This document shows, one piece after another, positions 10,950 through 23,740 of a DNA stretch of 64,000 bases (its first letter is position 1; each line of letters starts with the position of its first letter). This DNA is from Sporopachydermia quercuum (Eukaryota), in assembly GCA_001599295.1 (NCBI GenBank), contig BCGN01000009.1:372001-436000 (forward strand), written 5' to 3'. The notes below the pieces were generated by a model that worked only from the letters and a program-made list of their open reading frames with translations, had not been told where the DNA came from and ran no database searches. The position numbers and the translations under genes are program-made.

Positions 10950-12290
10950 ATGAACGACCAATCACTACTTGGTACTACAGTAGTTCCTACTCCTACAAAA
11001 GGAAATGAAATATTGAATCCTGATCCAAAAGATGTTTCGGAAAAGCTAAGCAACTTGATTTTGAATAATTTGGATAGGAATATCAACAGCTCGCTTGCAA
11101 ACTCGTATGATGATACTGCAGATGAAGTTTTACACTTCTTCGATCTGCCACATCTGGGCAGCAAACCAACTGCAAGTACTTTAATAGTATTACTGACACT
11201 TCTTGCAAAATCCAGGCCCAAGAATTTTGGAGAGGAAGTTGATGATGATTTCTTAGATGGTAAACTTGAAGAGTACACAGAATATATGAATAGATCGCTG
11301 GATGAACGTCAGATGCGAAATCTGCAGAGAAAGCTAAAATCATTGCGTGATGATGATGTATTTGGTTATGTCACCAAAGTAGTTAGTAGCCCTTTGGCAT
11401 GGATATCGGAAGAAGAACAGAGTATAATTTGGGATTTGGCAAGTTTACGGCTTGCTGAAAGATGTGGCAGAACAGCTGTACCAGATATTCTACGGGAGAT
11501 TGATATTACAGAGCTTCATGATCAGATTAAATCTGCATGGGTCAATCAAGAGAAGAACTTTCGGGGCAATGATGTAATAAATTTTTTTGAACGTTATAGA
11601 CAGGAACTTGATGATCTGATCCCGAGAGCAATCCAATTGAACGAACCCTCTCTTACATCTGATAACCTTGGACTAAAAACCTGGGGATCCTCATTTATTC
11701 TTTCACGTTATTTACTCCGGAATCCCAGTAAAATTCGAGGGGAAGTATTAGAACTAGGTGCTGGAACGGGCTTAGTCGGACTTGTGTGTTCTTTAATGCT
11801 TCATAAAGTTGTACTTACAGATTTACCAGAAATTATAGATAACCTTCGATATAATGTTGAGATGAACAGCATCGACGTCAGTTTCATTCCTCCAGGGAGT
11901 TCCGACAGTCCTTTTTGTCTGAGGTCTAGAGGTGATGTTTTGGCACTTGACTGGACAAATCCTCAGTCATTCATTGAAAATTATTTCTTGGAAGAGTTCC
12001 CACCGGTCACAAATGCATTTGATACAATAATTCTCTCAGATCCTGTTTATTCTGAAAATCATCCTCCATGGATTGTTGATATGATCAGTCTTTTTCTGAA
12101 GAAGTCTAGTGACTCTACAGCTATTATCCAGCTACCTCTAAGGCAGAAGTTTGCTGATGTTAGAGAGCAGCTATGGCAGCTTTTAGAGGAAAGATTCGAA
12201 AAACTTGAAGGAGATACTGAACTAGGTTTTGATGATTTTGGGGAAACAACGTTCTATAGATCNTTTTGGAAATGGAAGTCCATCGATTAG
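10950..12290 (+). CDS. EFM2: protein-lysine N-methyltransferase Efm2 (Methyltransf_16 family)
   Basis: WDLASLRLAERCGRTA, LNEPSLTSDNLGLKTWGSS, SAM motif VLELGAGTGLVG, LTDLPEI, SDPVY; first ATG at 10950. Confidence 0.88.
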   Translation: MNDQSLLGTTVVPTPTKGNEILNPDPKDVSEKLSNLILNNLDRNINSSLANSYDDTADEVLHFFDLPHLGSKPTASTLIVLLTLLAKSRPKNFGEEVDDDFLDGKLEEYTEYMNRSLDERQMRNLQRKLKSLRDDDVFGYVTKVVSSPLAWISEEEQSIIWDLASLRLAERCGRTAVPDILREIDITELHDQIKSAWVNQEKNFRGNDVINFFERYRQELDDLIPRAIQLNEPSLTSDNLGLKTWGSSFILSRYLLRNPSKIRGEVLELGAGTGLVGLVCSLMLHKVVLTDLPEIIDNLRYNVEMNSIDVSFIPPGSSDSPFCLRSRGDVLALDWTNPQSFIENYFLEEFPPVTNAFDTIILSDPVYSENHPPWIVDMISLFLKKSSDSTAIIQLPLRQKFADVREQLWQLLEERFEKLEGDTELGFDDFGETTFYRXFWKWKSID

Positions 12291-13285
12291 AAGAAGTTAT
12301 ATAGAGAAGCATATACAAGTATTAGGAAAAAGGTAGTATTGCATAAATGTTGGTATAGATTAATCAAAGCAAAAGCTTATCAAACATTGTACAGACCGTG
12401 AATTCCTGCTTGTCAGAAGGTGTAAGTGCAATAGAATATGTCAGCAGAAATTAAATCTTCTGTTTTCGATCCAATTTACGAGTTTTCAGTGGCAAAAAAG
12501 TTATAAAGCTGAATATTTCGTTTCTATCTTTATAACTTTCATTCTTACAGCAATACAGTGGTAGGAATATTACACACACCGAGAGATACATATGGCCAAA
12601 TATCTATTAATACAAAGAGTAATGTATGGTTGTTCTGTCTTACGTTCCTTCGTACATTTGCGCACTAATTACTGGAAAAGTAGTACTTTCATCAACTAAA
12701 TTGATCAATCGAGAGCCTCTTTCCAGGTTTGCTCTTCTGAATTGTCAATGGGCATGTGAGCTCCTTGAATTTATACATCCTTCTTGTTCCTAAGTTTTTC
12801 CTTCCTTCCAATATTTCACTATATTGTTTTTCATTAGAACATTTATTTCGTTAAAAAATATTCTAATCTATATATTAATAAGCATGTAGTAAACAAAAAT
12901 CAATCGCTCAAATGGATTAAGGGTTGATCAAAATTATACATATCTTTGTTAGGTTAGTTCAGACTAATTGTCCCCTAACAAAGTTTTTCGGAAGAGCAAA
13001 ACATGCACTGCATATGAAATTTGTTTTCTTTGAGATGTTTAATTGAGACTCGTAAGACAAATAATTAATTCTCAATCATGCTTTATTTGTTTTCTATCAT
13101 TATCCGTGATCTAAATTTTAGAGTATACTCGTCCTATAAAAGCTTATGTATTTATTCATTTATTATTCTTTTTTTCTGATGCTGTTGTCAGTCGGATATA
13201 TGAACATTCGAAGTTCATTAAACAACAAACCTTAGTCACTAATTCATCAACCACACTGAACAGATATTCTAAACGATTGCTCATA

Positions 13286-14128
13286 ATGTCAGAAAGTGCT
13301 CCACCGTTAGGAACAATTGAAAAAGACTTGATAAGTCTTTCACATGATTCTGCAAGTGCAGAGAAATTGACTTCAGAGAGGTACTCTGTATCCAAAGACA
13401 GCAGACCGTATCTAAATCTACTACCAGCAACTACGGAAAGCAAACCTATAGAGAATAAAGGAACATCTATAACACATAGCAAACAAGTAAAGGAGAGGAA
13501 ACAAAATACTAGGACATCATTAAGGAAATTTATTAAAGAAGGATTAATAGCTACAAGAGCAAATAAGAACGATAAAGAATCAAAACTTGCCCAACTACCC
13601 CAGTATACAGATTATCTTCCTATGCTGTCTTTATGGGAACAGTACATGTCAACCATGTTATTTCCAAGTGGTCATAATGGTGTTATTTCTAATAATTTAT
13701 TAGGGAAACTTGCAAGTGCTGATTATCATGGTGCAGAATTGACAGTTATAAGCAGCAGGAATCCTTCACAAGTTGGTATTAGAGGTATAGTATTGGTTGA
13801 TGGAAGGTCAAGTTTTGTTCTAGCTGTCGAAAAAGATGTATGGAGGAAAGATGTCAAATGGTATAAAGATGGTAAGAATAGAGAAGAAGAAAACAAGATA
13901 GAACCAGGAGGTATCAAAGTGATTGAGAAGAAAGGAGCCCAGTTCAAGTTTTCGGTACCCGTTTCCAATCTTAGCAAGAAAGNTATACCCGAAAATGGCA
14001 TTGACGATCTTGATGTTGAGATACAGGAGAAGAGCGTTTCATTTTGTATAATGGGCGCTAGATTTAGATATAGGACAGCCGATAGAAGTGGCCGGAAATT
14101 TAAGAGNCATTCTGTTGACGATTTATAA
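13286..14128 (+). CDS. POP4: RNase P/MRP subunit Pop4 (Rpp29)
   Basis: LWEQYM, KLASADYHGAELTVISSRNPSQVGIRGIV, GARFRYRTADRSGRKFK. Confidence 0.92.
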   Translation: MSESAPPLGTIEKDLISLSHDSASAEKLTSERYSVSKDSRPYLNLLPATTESKPIENKGTSITHSKQVKERKQNTRTSLRKFIKEGLIATRANKNDKESKLAQLPQYTDYLPMLSLWEQYMSTMLFPSGHNGVISNNLLGKLASADYHGAELTVISSRNPSQVGIRGIVLVDGRSSFVLAVEKDVWRKDVKWYKDGKNREEENKIEPGGIKVIEKKGAQFKFSVPVSNLSKKXIPENGIDDLDVEIQEKSVSFCIMGARFRYRTADRSGRKFKXHSVDDL

Positions 14129-14570
14129 TGAATGAATCACTGGATGGTGCCGAGCAAATTGACAGCAACCACTGTATCGAAGTACTGCTTACATATCTTT
14201 ATTGACTACTGGTGAACTAGAGCTTTCCAACNGTAACATATAAATCAAACTCATTAAAACATCATCTTCTCACTGATTATACATTAGAAAGGGATAAATA
14301 AAGAAGCAAACATCAAGGAAACATGAAACAAACAAACAGATCTAACGAGAACGTTTAATCAGATTTTCTGAAAGGTATGTCAATGGACTCTCACTAGAAG
14401 ATATTCCACACNATAAATTGACACCAGTTAGACAAACAAACAAATTAGTAATCCGCCAAAATAGAGAATTCAAATTTTGCCTGCTTCTGAAGTGCCAATT
14501 CAAAACAACTAGGATTATATTAGAATTATACATTTTTCCCTTTTATGCGAAAGACTCATGGTAAACCATA

Positions 14571-15179
14571 TCAAGCATCTCGTTTTTTCTTTTGCATGTT
14601 TTTATTTTTCTTTTTATTTCTTTGGGTTTTGAGAAACTCATGTTCGTCCGCGTAGTCCAAGAATTCAGAGTCCAAAATATCAAGTAGTTTATCGTTTTGT
14701 CTTTTCTGGTTCATGCCAAGAGTGTTTGCCATCTCCAAATCCATCAATTCTGACTCACTAAGATCTTTAGCCTTAGATGAATCAACACGAAGCCTTTGTT
14801 TGGGTTGCGGCTTAGTAATCTTGGAAGAGGTTTGTTGTTGACTTTTACCAAGGGATGCAGCTTCTGCGTAGCTAAGAGATCTAACAGCTACATCTGCAAA
14901 ACCCTCCTTCTCCAGATCAGTGACAACTATGACTTTTCTGGTTGTTTCTTGACTGCCAACAAGAGCGGCCGAGTCATTATTCTCCTCCACAATGTTCTCT
15001 TTTGGCTTTGAGAATGGGGATAGGAAAAATGAACTCCAGCTTCTGTTAGGAGTATTCTTGACAGGATTGTTGAAAACCCTCATAGCATCTGCCTCGGCTG
15101 ATTCAAGTTTTCTTAGTTCTACCACCTTGTTTACTACCTGAGCTGCAGTAACAGCAGTAGAAAGTGAAGCCATGTTCAT
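14571..15179 (-). CDS. uncharacterised 202 aa protein, probably largely disordered
   Basis: Clean 609 nt ATG-initiated ORF with typical coding composition; basic C-terminus; no family recognised. Confidence 0.7.
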   Translation of the reverse strand: MNMASLSTAVTAAQVVNKVVELRKLESAEADAMRVFNNPVKNTPNRSWSSFFLSPFSKPKENIVEENNDSAALVGSQETTRKVIVVTDLEKEGFADVAVRSLSYAEAASLGKSQQQTSSKITKPQPKQRLRVDSSKAKDLSESELMDLEMANTLGMNQKRQNDKLLDILDSEFLDYADEHEFLKTQRNKKKNKNMQKKKRDA

Positions 15180-17336
15180 AAATAATAGCTAGTGATATAG
15201 AATGTGATACTCTTAGATAAGCCAAGTACTTATGCTAAATGCAGTTGTAGGAGGTATTGTAGTCGCGTTGTCAGCAGAATTTAAAGCTAATCACCCAGTG
15301 AGAAAACCAAGCAGGATTGAATAAAGTCAACTACCAGAATGAACTTAATCTTAATTCTCTTGAACTAGCAGGAAAAAATAGGTAATAAGTGTTTATAAAG
15401 TTCTCAGAAGAATCGAGTAAACAAAACAATCAATGCCTTCTTTGACAGTTACCTCGCTAACTCGACAAGCTTTTATCGTCACTTTGCTTTTCAGATAGAA
15501 GACCTTATAACGAGTATCTCCAATGCAACGAGAATACGTAATTTGAAGTTCGCCAATTAGAATTCTTATCGTCTTTCAATTGAATAGCCTGAAAGACCCA
15601 ATACTTATATATACCCACTTTCAATACAATACAATACAAGGAAAGAATGATTTAATCTGTAGATGAATGCTCAATAACAAAGTTTCTTAGTATCTTAGTT
15701 TTTGATAATACATTATTATTTTCCAACTGGAAAGCCAGCGATGTTGTTACCAACCTCTACATCAATTGTAAACAAGAGTAAGAAGGAATCCACGAAAGAA
15801 ACAAAGCAAAACAAAGAGGCGATAGGAGATGGTTACAATTATTAGTAACAAAAATGGACTCGAAAATGGTAGAAACAGACACAAAAAAGGTAATCGTGAT
15901 AAGGAATGGCTGCAGTCGTTTTGCATATTCATACATGAGAAGAAGCCCAATTGGGAACAAAAGTTACTGATAAGATAAGTATGATTAATATGAGTGGGTA
16001 CTTTTAGGTAAATTCTCGAATCGGTTATTATTGTTTGCATGATGATTGNTCTATCAAATAGATATTTGAATTGATAAATAAAAAATCTCATTGAATTTCT
16101 CATATTAACCTGCCGAATCTTGTTCTTGGGCGTATATTGTTTATGATACTGGATCCAATTACGCCCACGAGGAAATTTTGTTTTGATGCCCAGAAGCAAT
16201 GATACCGAAACATACATACTGATTACGCGTTTTAGGCAAGGGAAATGAGTCAGAGAAAAGCAGCCAACTGTTTCGTAATTGGTTAGACATGTATTGGCTA
16301 TGACAATATTGGGTAAATCTCGAATATTTTATAATGGTAAAAATCTTAAATGTAAATAATTGTAAACAATGCTAAGTATGACGAAACAATGCATCAACGA
16401 AAACAGTCTAATTCATGTTTTCCTGCTCCTGCTCCTCCTCGTGGGCTGGCAAAGGCAGAAGAGCAGGTTCTGGTTAATCCATAATGTTAAAGAATCATAC
16501 TAATTGGAGAAATAGCATTCCGACTATCTTGAAACAGTATCAGTTAGCATATTATGTTCTTATTGCTTTGATGGCTCTCAGTTCAATTATTTCATGAATG
16601 CTATAGTTCCTCATGATATTGATGTTTCCTGCGGCCCGAGATGGACTAGCATCAGGCTTTTCTGCAACATACGTACTCTTACAAACGCTCAGTTATTGAT
16701 CATACTCAAATACGGAATGTACTGTTAAGGTTATTCTTAATAAGCTCATCTATGTCCAGTATGCTGGTAATTATACTACAATCATTATTTGATAGTAGTA
16801 CTTCCTGTCTTTTACTTGTCAGTATCATCAATCTGAATGACTATAAATTGATTGTAAGGTTCGTACGGAAAGAGTAAACAAAATAGGCTTCGATGCCACC
16901 AAGATGTACCTGCGCAGTATCTTCGTTGGAGGCATACTTTCTGAGAGATTGTTAAACATTGAAAGCTACTTTAAAATTCTATTTTATATTATCTCTTGTA
17001 AAATAATGGAGTAGATTTTGAAAGTCAATTCATATTTTAAGAATAACCTGAATTAAGCAAGGCCTTGTCAATTGAATGCTTATCTGATCATACTATATTT
17101 AGTTCACCACTATCATGCAGAGTTCTGCAGTTATATGTGGGATTCACCTTTAGCTCTTACTTTCTCCGAAGGAATAAGTCGGTCAGAGAAACTAACTGAA
17201 GTTCTTTACTGAAATGGTAAAATATTGTCATTTTATTGATATTATTATTTAACATTATAGTACATGCTGTGGATCATTATAAGTATAATGTTAGAACCAA
17301 GAGCCCTTCCACCAAGTCAGGAATCAGGTGACTTTA

Positions 17337-18239
17337 CTACTCCATTCCACTATCATCGCTGGAGTCATCATCTTCTCCAAGATCACGCATCTTTTCACCN
17401 GTATTGATGGAACCTGGTTTGACAATATTACTATTGAGATAACCATCATTCTCGTATTCATCGTTATTTTCGTCCAGTTCTATTGGTTCGCCTTCACCAT
17501 TTTCTTCGGGCACTTCTACTGCCTCTTCTATTCTCCTTAGTTCATCCATTACTAAGGAAATGAAAGGTCTCATTTCGTTCATTTCCAACAGGCCTAAATT
17601 ATCAAATCTCAAATGAGATTCATTAACTTCCTTGATGCCGGCTCTGACTTTCGTTTGCCGGATTTCGTGTATATCTTTGATCAATGATCTTNTTATATCT
17701 GTCGAATCACGTAGGTCATCGGCAGCTCTACAATGCCCAGTTAGTATGCATTCCAACCAATGCCAGAAACATTCAAAACGAATTCATTATCACCGTCTTG
17801 TTTTAAATAATTGTCCTAATACATACCCTTCCAATAATATATGTGAAATCTCAAGCCAGTGCCATGGCAATGGAGCAAAATGATACATGTCGTTTATCTC
17901 TAAATCTTTCACTTTCAGTAGGTTATCTTTTGAAAGCCAATCTGGCGGTATTATATTACATCTTCCTTGTTTCTTTAATATAAGTGCTAACCATATAGGT
18001 AGTTTCACTCTGCTCATTGCCCGTAATTTGGAGATTCTTGTCTATCGCATGTTAATCTGTCAGCTCTCAATTGTCCATCATGGTCCTGTCTATATTCAAA
18101 GGATTGAAAAAAAACATACACTTATCAAATTCATGCTATCAAACGACTGCCGTAGAATCACTGTAATTTCTTCATTTTCGCCTAGAAAGTAGACCTCTGA
18201 CGGAGTCAGAGCATGCAGTAGTTTGCTTGGTAGCGCCAT
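17337..18239 (-). CDS. PSF2: GINS complex subunit Psf2; exons 18239-18120, 18041-17827, 17727-17337
   Basis: MALP..LTPSEVYFLGENEEI, LPIWLALILKKQGRCNIIPPDWL, LPWHWLEIS, LIKDIHEIRQTK, NLGLLEMNEMRPF. GTATGT introns 18119-18042 and 17826-17728 keep the frame. Confidence 0.93.
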
Positions 18240-18861
18240 TTCTCTCTATATGCAAACTCAACTACTTTTCTCTCCAACTAACACCCGACCTTTTCACNAC
18301 TTCAACAAAAACGCCCTATAAAATATCACTTTCTATCTTCAATTTACCATTCGCTAATAAAAAGTCTTTACNGCAAAATACTCAACTAATTCAAGTTTTT
18401 TAACAACCTTACTTCGTCTCGATCCCCAGATTTCTCTTCTTTCATGTTGAACACATTTTTTTGGCGGGTTTGGGTACAGACACGTCCAAGGAAAGATTAA
18501 TTTCAGTCTCCTGTGAACCTCCCTTCGTTCTTTTTCTTTTCGTCACCTGCCTAATTGGGGACACTCTATTTCTGATAAGACTCACGAAATGCAAAAGAGT
18601 TCAATATACTAAACCAGAATATTGAAAAGAGTGATATCCTGTACATACTAGCGGANTATCAACTGTTCCACTGAACAAGAAAAGTATAAAAATTATTGCT
18701 TTTTTAGATAACAATAATTGCATTTATTTGCATTTGATGGATTTTTGTTTTGGAGAGTTTTGTTTTCACAAGCTTTGCAATTTTGAAGCTTGGAAGGAAG
18801 CTGGAAACAAGTTTTGTACTGAATCGTCTGATCAGCCAAGTGAGGGGTTGGACAGAGGATA

Positions 18862-20792
18862 ATGATAGGTTCATCATTGAGTAAACAATATGCTAAAAGA
18901 GCTGTCTATTGTAAATATGGCAGACGGGGAGTTCGTTGGTTGAGCTCTATCAAGCCGTTTAGAGACATACATGATCTTCGTGTACCTGCATCTGAGAAAA
19001 GAGTATGTATCGATTACTTCCAGTTATTGCTTGCTCTATTATGTGATGATGTATAACTACAACGAAAAGTAGTATATATTGAACTAACAACATACTTAAA
19101 CAGCATGTTGTTATTTGGATGCCAGCTTATTAACCCTATTAGGATTTAATACTATCAATATTACGAGCAAGTGCAACCAAGAGAGATGCTCGTCAATACA
19201 TAAGTCGTTATGGCGCCCCAAGAATGATCCGAGAATCAAGCGAGAAGTTTGTTAGAGATCTCTTAAGAGATTCAACATCTGAAGAAAAGTTGGTTGACGC
19301 GGATGAGAAAACAGTGAGAATGGCAATAGTAAAAGTTAGAGATACCAAGAGATCATTAGTCGGCTCAGAGGAAACTCTGAAAGGCATATGCTCAGTTCTA
19401 TGCAAATTGATGAGATTCGGTATAGCCCCAGTTGTGGTATTTGATAGTCCTGATTTTCAGCCTAGAGAAGAATACATCCGCATACAAACGCAAACTGAGA
19501 AATATCGAGGCGGAAATATTTCATTTGCTGATGCGGAAAAATCATTATTAGAGCAGTTTAATATATTTGCTGATAGATTAGAAAGATCTCGTAAAGGAAG
19601 GGACCATGGTCTTCAGGTTTTACCAATTAGAGGTCTGTTTGAATTTGAAGGATTTAGTGTTATGAACAACTCACAAACTATACAAACAAAGGATCTGAAA
19701 ATGTCTTTACCTGTCTTGTTGACTACAAGTCTTACCAGAAGTAACTCTTTGCCAGTCATTTTACCGTTNGCATATAATAATCTGATCAGCGAGGAGACCA
19801 TAATATCAGCAGATGATATAGTGATAGCTCTATGTAAGCATTTCAGTAAAGATCCTGGTAGCAAGATGGAAAAAGAAGTTTCTAATGGTGTATCATGTTC
19901 TATTGAAAAAATCATATTCGTTGATCCATTGGGCGGTATTCCTAGTATTGAACGATCATCAACTGCTCATGTATATGTCAATTTGTTACAAGAGTATAAT
20001 GACATACTATCTGAATTGCATATTGGCTTTATCCAACCAGAGGAACGTGATATTCACTTGGATAATCTTCAAACAATGAATGAATGTTTATCAATACTTC
20101 CATCCTCAGCATCAGGTATTATCACTACACCTTCATTGGCCGCAATAACTAATTCTTCCAACCCTATCATTTACAATCTACTAACTGATAGACCAGTGAT
20201 ATCGAGTAGTCTACCGGTGGAATTAAAAAGAACCGCTAAGGTATCTACAACAATTGTAAGATATGGCATGCCAGTTGATGTTCTTATGAGCGAAGAAGGA
20301 TTAGATCTTCTCGAAACCGAAAAAAAAGGTGAAATAAATTTACGGAAACTATGGCAAGTGATCGAAGATTCCTTTGGCAGAAAACTTGATGTTGAAGGTT
20401 ATTTGAGGCGAGTAAATGGTAAAGTTGCTGCTATTATCATTGCTGGTGAATATGATGGTGCTGCAATTATCACATGGGAAGAAATGAACTCGAGAAAAGT
20501 AGCATATCTTGATAAAATAGCAGTGTCACAGAAAAGTCAAGGCTCTTTAGGTGTTGCTGATATTATTTTCAAAGTGATGGTTATGCAGTTGTTTAAAGAT
20601 GAGCTCATATGGAGATCTCGTAAGAGCAATCCAGTTAATAAATGGTACTTTGAACGATCAAAAGGTTCATTTGCTATTCCTGATAGTAGCTGGAGAATGT
20701 TCTGGTGGGGTTCTAAAAGTAGAACGAGTAAGCAAGATTTTATTGGGTATGCTGGTGTGTGCGGTAGAATTGTTCCGTCATGGAAGACTTAA
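18862..20792 (+). CDS. ARG2: mitochondrial amino-acid (glutamate) N-acetyltransferase; exons 18862-19002, 19143-20792
   Basis: Splicing gives KR|DLILSILRASATKRDARQY; also IEKIIFVDPLGGIPS, NPIIYNLLTDRP, YLDKIAV, LIWRSRKSNPVNKWYFERSKG; basic presequence in exon 1. Confidence 0.9.
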
Positions 20793-21134
20793 TCGTGATG
20801 GTTGATATAATGATGATGATCATATTGAGAAGAAAAATTGATTTGAAGCAAACGGGAATTGACACAGTGAGGTACTAAATTTATTGGAAGCAGAACTGTT
20901 CACCAAACGAAGTCATAAGTCAGCTTAGTCCTGTTATTGATGTGCTTCTACCTTATGATTATCATGAATATCCTGTTTCAAATGGTCCCTTGCTGCAACT
21001 TCAGGTTATGTAGTTAATTACACCTTTAATTCAAATAATTCTAAGATTCCTACGATCCCTACTTGAGATATCATTACTATCTATATTTATTATGCTGAAT
21101 AGATTATTCATTACTATTCGTACAATTATTTTAT

Positions 21135-22791
21135 TCATTTCTCTAGCCATGTGTCCAAATATATTGGATCCTCTTCGTTGACCTCCTCATTGATTCCCCC
21201 AAAAATTGGACCTACTAACACTTTCTCGTCTTCATTAACTTTAGAGTACAGCAGTCCAGCATTTCCTAAAGCACCTCCACCTCCCATAGAAACAATACTC
21301 TTCCAAGTTGCTTTATACATATGTCCAGAATCCAGCCTTTCAAGCCTTTCATCATATACCAATACTTCACAGAGCGAACGTATATCTCCGACAGCTAAAT
21401 CAACCGCTGTGATTTTACTTTCCATAACAAATGCTTGTATTTCCTCTACCGTTGGATATCCACCGAAATTAGCAGGAAAATTTTGCTGTAGTAATGATGG
21501 ATGTATATCTTGCTCATCTAGTTTCCTGATCTGATCATTATCACCGGAACCGAATGCCTTTGGATATGATTTCATAGCAACATATCTCCATACAACTGTT
21601 AATAACGTATCAATGAAATCAACATCTAATTCTGAATCAGTNAACCATGGACCACCTGTTACTTCAACTGATGGTTGTAGATTCCATAGCATATAAATCT
21701 TTCTAGTAGGATGTTTAACTGATTTGATGCATTTTATGTATTGTTGAGACTCCAAACTTTTCAAACAGCGCAGCACAACATGTTGATGAAGATTTGTCTT
21801 CATTTTTAATGTCTTCGTCCAAATGCCTTCTCTACCTGATGATTCCACGTACGAATAGACCAATGCTTCGTCTTTGGTCATATTTTTCACCCTGAAGAAA
21901 TATATTAGTATGACTATTTTCCCATGCTTATGGATTTGAAGTAGGTTGTCGTTGATGAAGAAAAAGACAAATAGGGCAGGCTAGGCATGAAATAAGGTGC
22001 CTATGATAATATGATTACGCCGATCCAGAAATTCATCAGGTTGAGAGAGGAGTAGTAAACGATCTTAAACTGTTTTGCAGTTCTGCTTTTACCATTTTTC
22101 TTTTTTAACTCATTTTTATTCACTAGTGCTAGATGTTCAGGTTGTTCTCATTGTTTGGTTCATCAGCTGAATTGGATTCAATGTTTATTCGGTTTCACAC
22201 AAATTGAATAATGATACTTCACTCTCATTTAATTCGTTGTTATCAGTTATATTAGTTTGCCCGTAAAGTTATCATTGATTCTTCAATTGCGGACATCATT
22301 ATAATACTCTGCAATGATAAAAAAAACGGTTCACCTCGGTAAAAGGCTGTAGGATCAATCCTGAGATCAACTTAATATTAACTAAATTTATCTGCTGACT
22401 GTATAATTCCGTCATAAGTAACCTATTTCCCATTTCATACATCATAAAAGCAATTAGAAAAAAAGATATGACTTACTTTGCAGCTTCATCTGACGAAACA
22501 GACTGGAAATAAAGCGTTGAGCCTTGTTTAACCAGTTTGACATATTTCTAGTTCGCTTGTGAGTACTCTGACTAGAAAGCAGTGATAGGTAATAAGGGTT
22601 AACGCCCTTTGAAGTGCTCAAAGACTACTTACATGATTAATCAACTCCTGGATAACTTCTGCTAGCTGTTGTGGAGTTTTGCAGTCAATAAACTGTTCTA
22701 ATTCTGTCTGAAGAAATAAAGAGCCAGAAGCTTTGCTGCTGCCCATTTGCCTATGAAGCTCTCGAGCTTTCTCTGATAGTTCAAACGACAT
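21135..22791 (-). CDS. RPC34: RNA polymerase III subunit C34; exons 22791-22633, 22547-22477, 21891-21135
   Basis: EALVYSYVESSGREGIWTKT, NLHQHVVLRCLKSLESQ, PTRKIYML, PSVEVTGGPW. GTAAGT introns 22632-22548 and 22476-21892 splice in frame. Confidence 0.93.
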
Positions 22792-23740
22792 TATAGAAAC
22801 AAGACTTTCTACCGAGCTGAATCTGATAACACAACTAAGAAATATGTTCAAATACACAGTCAACCGTTCCCCTGGAGCCTTTTTGTATTGAATCCAATTT
22901 TTTCAGACCCGCGATCAAAATATCATTCAACTACGAGTCACTTGAGATGATGAGGGTTGACAAGTATCAATCGAAACAGTGAAAAACGAGCAAACAACCT
23001 GTCTTTTTATTGTACATATCCTCAACAAGCCATCATTCTGTAAGAACCACATATCTGATATTCTAAGCAATTCAACCTAGAAACATCTCTATCTCTTTCT
23101 CTTTAATTGTATGTTCAGCTGATGATTTGATCCTTTGGCTTTATTATCACAAAATTTTTCGAAATAATGAGATGTATGTACATGTAAAGATAGACAAAAT
23201 AGAAAAGGTTATTTCTGCAATCGGACGTCCAACTGCAGTTTACAGATAAAGTTGTGACATGTCACCGAGAAGGGTATATTGTGGCTGATGATAATGTAAC
23301 TTTAAAGTGAGCTTTAAGCTAGTTTGTTGTGGCTTTACATTTCCAAATTTTATGTTCATCTTAGCAACCAGAGTTGTGAGGAGCCAGTAAAGGAAGAAAG
23401 TATTGAGAGAGAAATGGTTCATAAATAAATTAGGCAATACAAGCACTTGCAGAAATAAATCAAACAGGATACTGGGTGCTGCATGTTTAATAAGACACCA
23501 AGGGAAGGGATTCACGACTACATGGAAAGAAAGGCGAATGAATCAAAGACGAAAGTGCTGTCAACTGAATCTTCATAGAACAACGCTATATCAATATCAG
23601 TGCAAAGTGGAGGATATAAGATTTGCTATATTTGATCATCTACTATTCTTATTTATCAGAAGATATTAGCTTACATTATGATGATGTGATTACTGCGGAA
23701 AGGAAAGCTAGGACGAAATAGTTGTTTAAGTACACTGGAA

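Noticed and set aside
15757..16217. 151 aa and 67 aa minus-strand ORFs
   Set aside because: Aromatic/hydrophobic composition typical of AT-rich non-coding DNA; no recognisable motif.
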